From positions 67,272,001 to 67,336,000 of the forward strand of contig NC_045697.1 of assembly GCF_009834535.1 (NCBI RefSeq): DNA of 64,000 nucleotides, read 5' to 3'. The translations under genes were made by a program, and so were the position numbers. Source of the DNA: Camelus ferus. Its lineage: Eukaryota. This document shows, one piece after another, positions 1 to 12,557 of the stretch (its first letter is position 1; each line of letters starts with the position of its first letter). Below the pieces are notes generated by a model. It made no database searches and was not told the origin of the DNA. It saw only the letters and a program-made list of their open reading frames with translations.

Positions 1-1290
1 TGTTTGTGTTGAATGCTGTTGATTTCTTACTGTTTACTCACTCTTTTTTCCCTCTGGTTCCAGTAATTGCTTGTATGTGTATATTTCTGTACAAGTGATG
101 TTTCCTGTTTTGTTCTTTTATTTGCCAGTTTAAATGTTTCCAATCATAAATGAAGTCCAAAGTTGATCTTGAAGATTGGTTGTGAGAAATGTAATAGAAG
201 AAAAAATACTTTGTTTTTGGATTTATAATATAAAAACATGTTTCTCTGGAGGGAAAGAGGAAGAGGGAGTTATTGTTTAATGGGTACAGAGTTTCAGTTG
301 GGGTGATGAGAACATTTTGGAGATTGATAATGATGGTTGCACAATAGCATGAATGCATTTAATGCCACTGAGCTATAAAATTTAAAAATACATAGAATGT
401 TAAATTTTATGTTATGCACATCTTATCTCAGTTTTTTAAAAGATGCTGAAAAAGACCATTTCTACAGTTTCTTTCTCCATTTGAAATAATTTTGGCATAA
501 AGTTAAATTAAAATATTCTACCAGGGTAATAGAAAGAAAAATGGTGATAATAAATTTGAATATGATTATGTTTTGTTAGAAATATTACCACATTCTCAGG
601 ATGATGTGATTGCTATTTTTCAGAATTACCACCTGATAAACATAGTAAATCATCAAGAATTTTTTTGTTCTCCTGCCTACTATACCAACTTCACAAATAT
701 AATTTTTAATATTCTAGCAGGAAGTAGAGTTGTACTTGTTTCTGAATCGTAAATTTGACTATGAGTAATTCTTTTTTTATTTTCATTGTTTTGATCATTA
801 ATTACATCATCCAGTAAATAATGTAATATGCCTGATTTCAGCTGACTTATTCAAGTTGAAAATTAGATGATAAATTTTCATAATTTTATGATGCTATTTT
901 TATTATTTTGATTAGTAACTATAGCATAATTAAATATTTAGTAATGTCTCATTGATGGACTTTATGTCATATTTGACAGAAGTCTATTCACTTTTATTAT
1001 TAGAATTTAAAAAATTTGAGCAGACCAACTCTGAAGATAATCTTTTCTTTTCAGCATCTATTTTTGAGTTCCATTTATATCTTTTATTTCTATCATGATC
1101 CTGACTTGAGATCAATCATAACAACTAAAGATTTAAAAAATAAAGAGTAATTCACTTAGAGAGTTCAAAATTGAATACATTTTTAATCAAAAATGTATAT
1201 TAAACAAGAAATACAAAAAAATTAAAATTATATTCCACATGTTTGTTACTTCTCAATAATACATGATTGCAGCAATTGGAAAGCAATACC
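1..1290 (-). mobile_element. Fossil hAT (Tip100/Zaphod-like) DNA transposon, N-terminal transposase region with TTF-type zinc finger; interrupted by an L1 fragment
   Basis: Minus-strand translations give YAKIISNGERNCR (~460-500) and KTKYFFFYY...YDWKHLNWQIKEQ..KHH (ORF 38..358). These resemble ZnF_TTF motifs (NGE..RxWL.YS; F.DWK..L..HE.S..H). Stops and frameshifts throughout. Confidence 0.65.
243..440 (+). mobile_element. L1M (L1MB-like) 3' end fragment
   Basis: gggagttattgtttaatgggtacagagtttcagttggggtgatga...gatggttgcacaa...aatgccactga is the typical L1MB 3' UTR terminus. Confidence 0.85.
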
Positions 1291-1294
1291 CTGA

Positions 1295-2330
1295 AATAAT
1301 GGACTTCTAGCCAAAATGGTTCAGTCTGCGCTTGAATGAGTGACTAATTCATCATATTTACTCCTGTAGCCAGAACTGGTCTTGGAATCAAGGGTAAATA
1401 TGCAAGTGGCTCTTCTTAGTATTACATCTTACAACCTACTTACAGAATTTGTTTGCTTCCATTCCCTGCAACTTGGAGTTATGTTGCTTTGGAGTTCTTA
1501 GTTTCTAAAGGAGGGATGCCTCCACCAGGGGCTATGAAAAGAGGCCCAGTGAACTGGACTCCTATGTGGCCATTCTGGAATTTTCATGGCTTTGAACCAA
1601 CAGGCAAAGAAAATCGGAGTGGATGTCATTCTAATGGATGTGGTAATAATCAAGAAGAAATTGGGATCCTCTTTACAATGGTTGTATGGAGGACTATGCC
1701 TCAAACCTTCTGGATTTCCTGAGGTACATTTTAGTATTTCCATATCAAATAGTAAGAATTAATGGAAAAGTGTATCAAGGGGAAAAAAAAGAGGTAGAAA
1801 CACTGAGGCTTCATACTCTTTAGGAATGAAGTTTGGGATCACCTCACCAGGTAAAGAACCCCATTTAGCCAAGGTTCTGGCTAGGGACAAAGGTAGCATA
1901 AAATGAATAGTGAAAGAAGGATAACTATATTCTCATGGCTAATTACTGGAATGAGAGATTTAAACGCTAAGTATAGTATCCTTTGCTGTTTATGTGTGTG
2001 TATCACCTTATTGTTTTCTAGAAGGCTGGTTGGCATTGTTTAATTTTGCAGTTTAATCTTTAGGTTACAGAATATTCAGATAGAAATCTGAGTGATTTTT
2101 AAGGAGGTATTAATAATTCCCAGAGATGGATATTGTGATTGTCACAGAATATACCATAGTACATATACTGAGTAACAATGATTATTCACATGTCTCTCCT
2201 TTTAGGGGAGAAAGTGAGAGTTTTGTTTAAAGAAGAGATGTTATTTTGGTAGGCCAAAAAAAAAAAAAGTTGCTGTTTGTTATATGGAAGTTCAAATACA
2301 TGTAGAAGATAATATAAATAATCAAGGGGT
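1295..2330 (+). mobile_element. ERVL internal fragment (dUTPase / 3' pol region through polypurine tract), decayed
   Basis: ORF 1453..1722 (LPFPATWSYVALEFLVSKGGMPPPG..PVNW..QEEIGILF) and 1820-1920 (GMKFGITSPGKEPHLAKVLARDKGS) match HERV-L-type LPVPATLRSAGLEVLVPEGG.LPPG..PLNW..QDEISLLL and SGMKVWVTPPGK.PRPAEVLAEGKG. Ends in aagggg before the LTR. Confidence 0.85.
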
Positions 2331-2334
2331 ATGA

Positions 2335-3400
2335 ACCATGCAGGTTACTAAATTTTTGGTAACCTGCATGGTTCATACCACCTTTCTCTACACTACATTG
2401 TTACACTGAGTATAGGACTTGGCAGTGCCAATTTCTTCTCTGTTAGCTGGCTCCCCATTAGGTTCTTCCAATAGGGGTACTAGAGAAGACTGGAAAGCAA
2501 GAGGAAGAACTAAGGTCCATTATGATTTTAATTCTTGTTGCTGTCAGAGTCACCCTGGCAATGGTTCTGCACCCTGGTAGTGGCTGTTGGCTTCAGTTTC
2601 CTCTGCTGTTGTTATTGTTTACTTCACATTCCAGAACCAACCCATTGAATCAAACTAAAATACAGTCACTTACATCAGGGACAAAATGAAGATGGTCAGC
2701 ACAGGCATATTAAGGAAACAAACTAAACTTACAGGAATTTACAACTCTTTTCAGAAAGCAGCACAGAAGACCAGCCAGCCCCCAAATGCCAAGTCTGTTG
2801 ATGCCGTCTCTGGACTTCCTTATTCCCCTGGCTCAGCTAATCTGATCCAAATAAGAAAGAAGACCACTAGGCAACCAATCAGCTGAAAAAACCAAATAAC
2901 TTCCAAATATATCTCCTAAATCCCTTAGTCTGTGGGATACTTGGAATTCATTGCTCCCTTAAACTTGAGTTTCCTAGATTGCAGGTCAAAAGCCTTGACA
3001 TAAACTCATCTTTGTGCTTTGTTTTATTCAGCATGCAGAATTTGGTTTTTGACAAACCTCACTGTGTCCCTTCAGAGATACCAGCTCCTCTACTGTACTC
3101 TTCTCATATCTTAATTCCAGGGAATTAAGCCCCTGAGGAACTAGCTTTAAAGGATTTAGGTCCTAGCTCTATAGGACTCCACAAAAACTTCTAGGTTCTA
3201 AACACCCGAATCTTTTCTCTTTGTTCCTCCAATCCTAGGAGTAGTGGCTTATTTAAGTGGTAACTATCTCTGTGCTATTCACTGTTATATGTTTGTCATT
3301 TTAGTTCTTTAAAATCTATTTAACATATTTTCTATGTTAAATTCTTTCTGTGAAAATAACTGGTGAGTATTCTGTTTTCCTGACTGGACTCTGACTACTA
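2335..3400 (+). mobile_element. ERVL 3' LTR, LTR33-like, split by a nested LTR
   Basis: agctggctccccattaggttcttccaataggggtactagag (2446-2486) and the terminus ctggtgagtattctgttttcctgactggactctgact match recalled LTR33 sequence; follows the ERVL internal region. Confidence 0.75.
2655..3053 (+). mobile_element. Nested LTR (probably ERV1 class) inside the LTR33-like element
   Basis: Interrupts LTR33 homology; has a CCAAT box (accaatcagc), an ataaa-like signal and a ...gtttttgaca terminus. Confidence 0.45.
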
Positions 3401-4084
3401 TGCTATTAAATATATATATATACTTTGAAAGTATTCAAATTATAAATTAAAATTAAAAGAAAACTACAACCTATAATTAGCAAATATAAAAATGTAAAAT
3501 CAAAATTAAGTAAACCTAAAACTTTTATGTTTAAAATAATATGAAATATTAATAAATATTTTATAAAAATTGTCAATTCTAGTATTCAATGTCCATCTAG
3601 CTACGTTTAGATCTAGGCACATACATGTTTAAGAGTAATATAAATAAATTGTCTAATGTTGTTAAATGTTTGTCAGCCATCATGGGCAACTGTTGTAAAT
3701 ATCAACCCAATTCAAGAGTACCTCCAGAGACATTATTCGGCACACCAAGCAAAACAATAAAATGAATGCTTGGCAATACCGAGGTGAGTATTTTTTTACA
3801 CAGGAATTTATTTCTTCATGCTATCTGAGAGGAAAGATTTGACAAGAAAATTTGTCATTTTTCTTACTTGAACAATGTCATTACTCAAATTCTCCCCACT
3901 TAGTAACCGTGTTTTTCTCTTACATCTGCAGCAGTACAACTTGAAAGCCTCATGGCATTTGTACACAATGACCTGTTTTGAGGTCATAGGGCCAGAGACC
4001 TGGAGAATTATTTTCTGTGGTATCTCAGTGGTCATGCTCTGACAGTGTTAAGCATAATATCCAAATGCACAGTTGCCTATGTGT

Positions 4085-4137
4085 GGGACAAAACAACTGT
4101 CCATGTGTGTGTGTGTGTGTGTGTTTGTGTGTGTGTG
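4085..4137. repeat. (TG)n microsatellite
   Basis: Interrupted TG run seen directly. Confidence 0.95.
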
Positions 4138-5924
4138 CAGATGATAACATGGGGACCTATAAAACATGGGATCAGAGCTCTTGCCTGGGGCCCAAGGACA
4201 TTATAGGTCACCTTTAGTGTAATGAGATACTCAATTATTAAGTAGATTTTGTTTTAAGACCCATAATCTTTCTTGATCTTTTCCTGATCTTTATGTGATT
4301 TCTTTCTTTTCTTTCCCAAGCATTAATCTCTCTTTCCCAAACTCTTCTTTTTTTTGATTCTTACTTTCTCCCAGGGGACTTTGTTTCTTCATATCCCCTT
4401 GACAGAACCAATGCTAGATGTCTCTTAAGGTCCCTTTATTCTGGTCTTCCAGTCCTTTTTCATTGACTCATTTTTCAAAGCGGCATATGACTTATTTGCA
4501 GTTTTCACAATTCTAAGACTCACTTTGCAATACACTCAGTACATATCTAACAGGATTTGTAACTTCCTCAAAGGCCTCCATTGCAATAGATCACTTTGCT
4601 CCAGGAAGTCACAGCCTCTGAACATCTTTAGCACAATTATAGTCCTTTTGGTACTGGGCTTAAGTAGAGCAGATATGTTTAAGGATTCATTAGGGAGCCC
4701 CATGTCCTTTTTCATTATGCAAAAGAGTTAAAAGTCTACTCCTAAAAGTATGAAAACTTTGGATTTACTGATGTTATCACATACATCATAGTTGTTCACC
4801 TCCGCCACTCAGTGGATCTGCCCTCTTCAGCTTAAGCTTGGTGTATCATGTGGCCTCTGAAGATAAAGCTAATTAATACAAAATTCATATGTTCTCCTTA
4901 TTCCTAGATCAGGAGGCCTTTTATAATAAGCAAACAGGGTTCCCTGATTCTCAAATAACCAATTCAAGAAAGTGGTCAAAATATAATTCTTGAGTTTTTC
5001 TGTATAATTGAGTCTTATCTTCATTCCTCAGACAAAATGTCCTGGCAGAGAGTGTGGCTTGATTACCAAAATCTCATCATATCACAATGTCGTTTCATTC
5101 TCTCTTAGGCATTCCCATGTGTTTATCTTTTTTTTTTTTTCTTTCCCCTCAAAAAAGAGCTTTATTGTAGTCTGACTGCAGAAGACATCACTTTGTGTAA
5201 AATGTACCCATTACCAGATTTAATTTGTACCTGTTAAAATGTCAAAGAATGACCCACCTTGAATTTGACCTGGAATATTCCAAGATGATGAAGTTTTTAA
5301 TTCTCTTAAAAGTGGCAAGGATTTTCTTCATGGCTGTACTGACTATCAAGTGTTTTTCTTAAAGTCATGTCTCTTGCCCATATACTCTTCTAGTCCTATA
5401 ATTGCTTTACACAAATATATTTTATATAAAATATTTAAAAGAATATAATTTCTGTTTTCAAAATTTTATATTTTGTTCTTTTTCTAACTCTACACTGAGT
5501 TGCAAAATTATCACCTATTCATCATTAATCCTTTAATATATCTACATTTAATATTCTAGTCTAGTCAAATAGAATTAAAATGTATTAATTAATAAAAATT
5601 TCTAATAGGTTAAATATATCAAGAAACAATAACATAAAAGTAAGCATACATATTAGTCTAGAGCAAACATGTACACATACTTTCTAGGCATTTTACCAAG
5701 GTAATTATTTTTTCTGTATAAAGTAGTACTTAGTGAAACACAATTCAACGGAAATTTTAATATCTTTATTACTATCATAGGCCGCCGAAGTAGAATACAT
5801 CAACATTCCCTTTAAAGTTTGTTATTTACAAACAGTATTTGAACTCTTGTATATTCACATATTTTCTTTACCATCTGATTATGTCAGAACGATTAAATAA
5901 GCCTGATGATTCTGAAGACATCTT

Positions 5925-6075
5925 TTTTTTTAAGTGAATACTACCTCTTTTTTTTTTTTTCTGAGAGGGAGGTAAATAGGTTTATTTATTTATTTTTAGA
6001 GGAGGTACTGGGGATTGAACCCAGGACCTTGTGCATGCTAGGCATGTGCTCTCCCACTTGAGCTATATCCTCCCC
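5925..6075 (-). mobile_element. tRNA-Ala-derived SINE (camelid Vic-1-like) with target-site duplication
   Basis: Minus strand GGGGAGGATATAGCTCAAGTGGGAGAGCACATGCCTAGCATGCACAAGGTCCTGGGTTCAATCCCCAGTACCTCC (A and B boxes), then (TAAA)n and poly-A. TSD tctgaagacatctt (5911-5924) and tctgaaaacatctt (6076-6089), 13/14 identical. Confidence 0.9.
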
Positions 6076-6450
6076 TCTGAAAACATCTTGAAATCATCAC
6101 AAAATAATTCCAAAGGATAAAATTCACAATCTTTTTGTTGACAAACACTATTTGCAAGTGTGACATATCATAATCTATCTCTTTATTCTTAAGGTGGACA
6201 GAACAGTCTCATAGAGGCAGGAGAACTTAAGGGAATATGGATCATGGGTCATTTGAAAACACAATTTTCCCCTTTTTCAATATCCCCAAATACAGTTGAA
6301 AATCACTGATACGTTGTAATTCCTTTGGTGCACTTCACAACTTCTTTTAAAGCAATGATTGGAAATGCTCTTAAATCCCAAATATTCAAGTAAAATTTGC
6401 CTAAGTTTGAACTTGATATTCAGACATGCAATGATGGTAATAGTACTTAC

Positions 6451-6501
6451 CCTCTCTTAGACGTGACAGGTAACACATTCTCTCATTGATAGTAGTAAAC
6501 C
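6451..6501 (-). other. Candidate internal exon, 51 nt, open in phase 1
   Basis: Acceptor tttggcttctccctag|GG and donor AGG|gtaagt. The only open frame reads xFTTINERMCYLSRLRE(G). Confidence 0.4.
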
Positions 6502-7119
6502 CTAGGGAGAAGCCAAATATTCTGTCCAAATCACCTATACCGTAGAATGATGTAGCCTGTATGGCTCAAAATAAAACACATTATAAAAAAATAAGTGTTT
6601 TACAAATTCCTTAGCTTAAGCAGAGTTTTGCTGAACCCAGTGGCTTCATCTAATCTTGAAAGCCCATCACCTGTCTGGCTGATTCTCCCAACCTCAGGCT
6701 CTAATTCATGACATTTCTTTGAGGATAGTAATTAAACTACAACTTAAAATAAATTAATTTAAGCCCCAAATTGAGCCGTTCATTTATTCCAGTCATTGGA
6801 GATTATACCGATATAAATGATGCTCAGAAAGTTCATCTGTTAAAAAAAGACATGTAAAATTAAATGTTAGAAACTATACTCATCTGTGCCAGGGAGCGGA
6901 TGTGGTCAGCGTTCTCTTTTGGGCCTAAATTATTTACTTAAGGGCAAGTAAACAGAAGACAAACCAAAACTTCCAGATTCTAGAATACTAGTTCCTGTAT
7001 TATTACTATGTACTGTCAATTATTTGCGTGTAATGTATTTTCAAAGAGCTTGTTTAACTTTATTTGCACCTTCCCGAACTTGCAGTGTGGGTTTTGGAAT
7101 TGAATTTTAGGCAGATAAT

Positions 7120-7630
7120 CTATTACAGTGATTAAAAATATTGATTTTAATGCAATTCAAGCCTGGTTTCCAGAATCACCTCTTAACCAATTATCAGTTT
7201 TATACCCTTTAGTAACTAAAAATTTCTGTTTTTCCTTTTCCTCACTTGTAAATTCAGGATGTCATACCAGCATCACAGGGCTGTTTAGTATTAAGTAACA
7301 TAAGGAGAGTAGAGCTTTTTGCTCATAGTAAGGAGTCAATGAGTGGTAGTTATTTTGTTGTAATTATTTTATTATCTCTAAAGAATTTTTCTAGAGATGA
7401 AAATTAAAGAAAAACAAAACAGCAGAATGTCAGTTGTACTGGAAAATGCACTGCACAAAAATCAGAAGATGGGGTGTTAGTTTTGACTCCTATAAGAACT
7501 CAATAGCTTCATTCAATGACTGTAGAAACCCATTAAACTGGGTTTTCTTTGTTCATTTCCTCATTTATAGAATGGGATAATGATATTTGAGTCCCCAACT
7601 CAGTTAGTTGTGAGGGTAGTCAGATAATGA
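7120..7630 (+). mobile_element. Two MIR SINE remnants
   Basis: MIR core motifs ttcctcacttgtaaa / ttcctcatttatagaatgggataat and a catagtaagg..tcaat tail. Confidence 0.7.
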
Positions 7631-7959
7631 TTAGAATTGATATGAAACCAATTATATTATCAGTATTTTAAAATTATGAAATAAAGTACACACATGAAAG
7701 AACATAATGTAACATATATAAAGTTTAAACTGCAATAATAAAATTATGAGAGCAGTCAACCAGAAAAAGAGCATTACTGTTGCAGGTCCCTGTGTGCCCT
7801 GTTTCCAAAACTCTGTCCTGGCTTGCCCCCAGAGATGAGAAGCAACAGGCCTTTGATTTTGTGCTTATTGTTATCTCGTGCATATATTTATTACCATCAA
7901 TAATACACTTAAAATTTATTAAAATGATAATATACTTTGGATATTCTTCCATAACATTA

Positions 7960-8590
7960 AAAAACCCTGGTTTATTGTGATCCAATTCATGTATTCCAAA
8001 ATTCACCTATTTAAAGTGTCTAATAGTTTTTAGCGTATTCAGACTTGTGCAACCACGGACAGAGTCTAATTTTAGAACATTTTAATCACTCCCCAAAGAA
8101 ACACTGTACTCATTAGCAGTCACTCCCTATACCTCCTCACAGCCTATAGCCCTGTGCAATCACGAATCTATGTTCTGTGTGACTTGCTTTTTACTCATTA
8201 TTATGCTTCTGAAATTTATCTGTGTTGATGCAAGTAACATTTATTTTCATTGTTGATTTTCTTTTAGTCTGCTTAACCTAGCAGCTTCTGTGAGAGATGT
8301 ATTAAAATCTCCACTGATAATGATTGATTTTTCAATTTTGAAGTCACATTATTAAGGACATACACATTTAGAATGATTAGATTCCTGATGGTTTGAAAGT
8401 TTTATTTTCATATAGTGATCAATATCTCTTGAAGTACTTTTTGCTTTAAACTCTCTTTTATTTGATATTAATAGAGTTACATCAACTTTTTTCTGACTAT
8501 TGTTTGCATGTATGTCTTTTTCTACACTTATACTTATGATTTAGGTGTGCCTCTTATAAAGAGTATACTGGCTGGTATTTATCAAATTTT
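7960..8590 (-). mobile_element. Old L1M fragments (3' end plus ORF2 piece)
   Basis: aaaattcacctatttaaagtgt...ttttagaacatttt...cattagcagtcactccc (antisense L1MB 3' end) and tattaaaatctccact (antisense ORF2). Confidence 0.75.
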
Positions 8591-9699
8591 GAAAAACATT
8601 TTTCTTTTGAGAGAATTTAAGGGTAGAAATTTAATCAACTTATAGATGTATACATATGGATGTGTGTAGATTTATATATATTTATCTTAGATTTTCTGGT
8701 CTGGCCTATGTTGGCTTATCTGGTCAATAGGCAACATAAAAAAGTTTCATTCTTTTGGGTGGTTGATGTACTAGCCTTTGCTGAGAATATTTTTATATCT
8801 CAGCAAAGCAGGTGTCTAATCAAAGGAGAGCTAATGGTATTAGTTTAGTTAATTCATTTCCCAATTTAATCTCAAAATGGAAGCCTTCAATATAAATGTT
8901 TCACAAATTGGAAGCAACACAATTTCGAGTGCTTCCTGTAAACCCTCGAACAGTACTAGGAAACAAATTTAAGCTGTCTAGGCAACTTTTTAGAGGCAAT
9001 ACATGTAGGTACTAGAGGCCGAGTGTGTTTATGTTTAACTATAAATGCTATTTTGAGCTGAGGTTTCCAGACTTCTGAGCAAAACTCAGTTTGTGTAAAC
9101 ACAAATGGAAGTTTCAGGAAGCAAGTTGGGATATACAATCTGAGTAGATTTAAAATTAAGAAACATTTTCCAAGGCATTTGAGTGCAAACTGCTTCACTG
9201 AAGAACAATTTCTAGTAGGTAAGAAGATTTTAGAATCATACAGATCCAGATTAGAGCCTGGAGCTATATTTTATCAATCTTTGTGCATTGTTGACTTCTT
9301 TTCCACATCTGTAAAATGGGGACACTAACAATACTTATCATATCAGTTTCACATTTTTATTTTTTGATAAAAATACTCAGAAATTTCATTATTGTTTTAT
9401 TTCTAAAATGTATTGAATATTAACTCTGTACTAAGCATGTTACTAAATGTTTGTCTTGAGTTACTGGATTTAATCCCGCCCAAATTCATGGGTGTGTACC
9501 ATTATTGTCCCTATTATTCAAATAAGGCAATAGAGCTAGAACTGGAACTCTTGTCTAATTTCTTAAATGCTGTGGAATGTTATCTCATAGTACTATATTA
9601 TATCCTAGTTTTCTTCCTACTCTAATGAACTCTTTCATTACAGCTCTTCTAATAGTTTTTCTTTTACCTGTTAACTATAGACACTCCTCTACTCCCATT

Positions 9700-10630
9700 T
9701 ATCCTCACCTGTCTCCTTATCTCATTATCTCATCTAAACCTATGTCTTTAGCATTCTCCTTTATTGTTCTTAAATTTACATCTCCAGACTTGAAGGCCCT
9801 CTTGTATTTCAGATTCTTATTTTCAACTACTTGCCTGAATAGAACCACCTTGATGTCTTCACACTTCAAATTCATTATGTCAGAACCTAAACTCATCTTT
9901 GCTCACAAAACTACTTCTGGCTAGGATATTGGTATTCTCTTAATCACTGGAGTATGAAACCTAAGAAACTTCTTTGACTTGTTCTTCTTTGAGACTAACA
10001 CTCAGCCACTTGTGAGCCCTCCTTTACAGCTACACTGCTGTGTTTCTCCTCCACTTTCTAGTTCTTATGCATCTAATCTGTCTCATAACATCATTATCTG
10101 GGCTATCCTCAGTAGCTCTTGACTGATCTCCCTCATCTATTAGCTACTCTTCTTTTGATCCAATCAATGTATAACTTCCAGATGAATTTATCCTAAAGCC
10201 CATCTCTAATCTTTTAAATGAAAACAAAAGAACAAAAGCAACCTATTAACACTACAGGGTCCTTTACCAACCAACTTTAGATCAATATTTTAAGAGGACT
10301 CTTTTACACTGTCAAGACCATTTATAATTTGATTCAAAGCATCTTCTCTTCCACAAGCTCTTTTTAGAAGTAGATCACTCTGCTGGCAAACTAGAGTATT
10401 TCCACTTTTTAAGCATACATTATTCTTTTAAAAATGTGTCACATGGTTTTCTAATTCTATTCTCTCACTCTCTCCACCTTTCTTCATTATCTACCTTACC
10501 CAAATAAATATCTGATAATATTACCTCCTTTCTAATAGGAATTTATATATCTTTTAATGAAATATAGTATAATTTACCTATTTTGTTTTGTGTGGATATG
10601 TCTTATCTCATCTATTAAACTGTGATGGAG
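9700..10630 (+). mobile_element. L2 LINE remnant
   Basis: cacttcaaattcattatgtcagaacctaaactcatcttt and pyrimidine-rich L2 3' region. Confidence 0.65.
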
Positions 10631-11412
10631 AAGAGAACCAACATTTAATGAGGACTCCAATGCAGCAAGCACAGTATCTTCTCAAGACCGACATGTAACA
10701 CCATTAATTTAATTTTACAGATAGGGAGATCCAGAAAGGCCTAGTAACCATTGGTGTTTTGAATTCTATGAACATTTTCAGTTGACAAAATTCTAGTAAA
10801 ATTTAATCTCACAGCCGAGTTTCCATGTATTGAAACAAGAATGGTTCCTTAGGTCTTGCCACAACACACCTGCTTTCTTATTGGATTTTTTGTAACAAAG
10901 ACATTTGCAGTGGCAAGTCTGAGCTGTGACTAAAAATTTGCTTATTTGACTTTGTTCTAATTTTTGTCAACATTACTAAGGAGTGACTTCTGGCCCTTTC
11001 ACATAACAGTTCTAAATTCAATGAGGAATATATTTACAGTTCTGTAAGTATCACTTTGGCATTTTATGTTTTGTAGGAAAGCACTTTAACATTGCAGTTC
11101 ATAGGAGTTTGAGTTTTTTAAATGCCAACTAGCGACACAGAAAAAGAGACTTCCTAGAGAAAACACCAAGTTTCAAATTCAGCATTGGATTCTTAGGGGT
11201 TGCTATGAAGAATGAGGACATTATTTGATGAAAGACCATAGAGCTTTAGCTTGTTTATTTATTGCCTCACAGGAGAAAGGATGGGATAACATTTGAAAAA
11301 GAAAAAAACAAAAAGGAGTGGTTCTGTACTTTACTTCCCCTATAATCTACTTACATATATGATGACCTGGAACATTATAGACAGCATGTAGGAACCAAAA
11401 TAAGCACAGCTC

Positions 11413-12044
11413 TAATTAAACTAAAAAGCTTTTGCACAGTAAAGGAAACCATAAACAAAATGAAAAGACAACCTACGGACTGGTAAAATATACTTGTGAA
11501 TGATGCAACTGACAAGGGTTTAACTTCCAGAATATATAAACAGCTCATACAACCCTGCAACAAAAAAACAAACTACCCAATCAAAAAATGGGCAGAAGAC
11601 CTAAATGGAAATTTCTCAATGAAGACATACAGATGGCCAACAGTCACATGAAGAGGCACTCAATATGGCTAATTATCAGAAAATGCAAATCAAAACTACA
11701 GGGATTTATCACCTCATACCAGCTAGAATGGCTATCATTAAAAAGCCCACATAAATAAAATGCTGGAGAGGGTATGAAGAAAAGTGAACCCCTCTACACT
11801 ACTGATGGGAATACAGTTTGGTGCAAACACTATGGAAAACAGTATGGAGATTCCTTAAAAACTAAAAATAGTCTTCACCATGTGATTCAGCAATCCCACT
11901 CCTAGGCAAATATTCAGCTTAAACTCCAATATGAAAAGACACACACACCTCAGTGTTCACAGAAGCATTATTTACAGTAGCCAAGACATGAAGCAACCAA
12001 AATGTCCATCAATAGGTGACTGGATATATATATATATATATGTG

Positions 12045-12076
<32 letters not shown>

Positions 12077-12557
12077 TACACATATATATATATACACACA
12101 CACATATATACACAATGGAATACTACTCAGCTATAAAAAAGAATGAAATAATGCCATTTGCAGCAAAATAGATGGACGTAGAGATTATGATACTAAGTGA
12201 AATAAATCAGAGAAAATCAAATATCATATGATATCACTTATATGTGGAATCTTAAAAAAATGACACAAAGGAACTAATTTACAAAACAGAAAGAGACTCG
12301 CAGACTTAGAAAAGAAACTTATGGTTATGAAAGAGGAAAAGGGGAGGCATAAATTGGGAGTTTTGGATTAGATACATACATACAGAATAGATAAAAAACA
12401 AAGTCCTATTGTATGGCACAGGGAACTATATTCAATAACTCATAAGCTATAATGAAAAAGAATATGAAAAAGAATATATATGTATAACTGAATTACTATG
12501 CTGTATACCAGAAACTAACACAACACTGTAAATCAACTATACTTCAACTAAAAAAAG
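11413..12557 (+). mobile_element. Relatively young 5'-truncated L1 (ORF2 C-terminus plus 3' UTR) with internal (TA)n expansion
   Basis: aattaaactaaaaagcttttgcacag, gaagacatacagatggccaacag, aagcaaccaaaatgtccatc; ends tgtaaatcaactatacttcaa plus A tail. Confidence 0.95.
12024..12112. repeat. (TA)n/(CA)n microsatellite inside L1
   Basis: Seen directly. Confidence 0.95.

Noticed and set aside
4430..5340. KRR1-like processed pseudogene
   Set aside because: Only scattered by-eye matches (e.g. YSHEENP versus FSKEDNP) with inconsistent spacing; likely coincidental.
6003..6075. tRNA-Ala gene
   Set aside because: Followed by a SINE-specific tail, poly-A and TSD, with stem mismatches; it is a SINE head.
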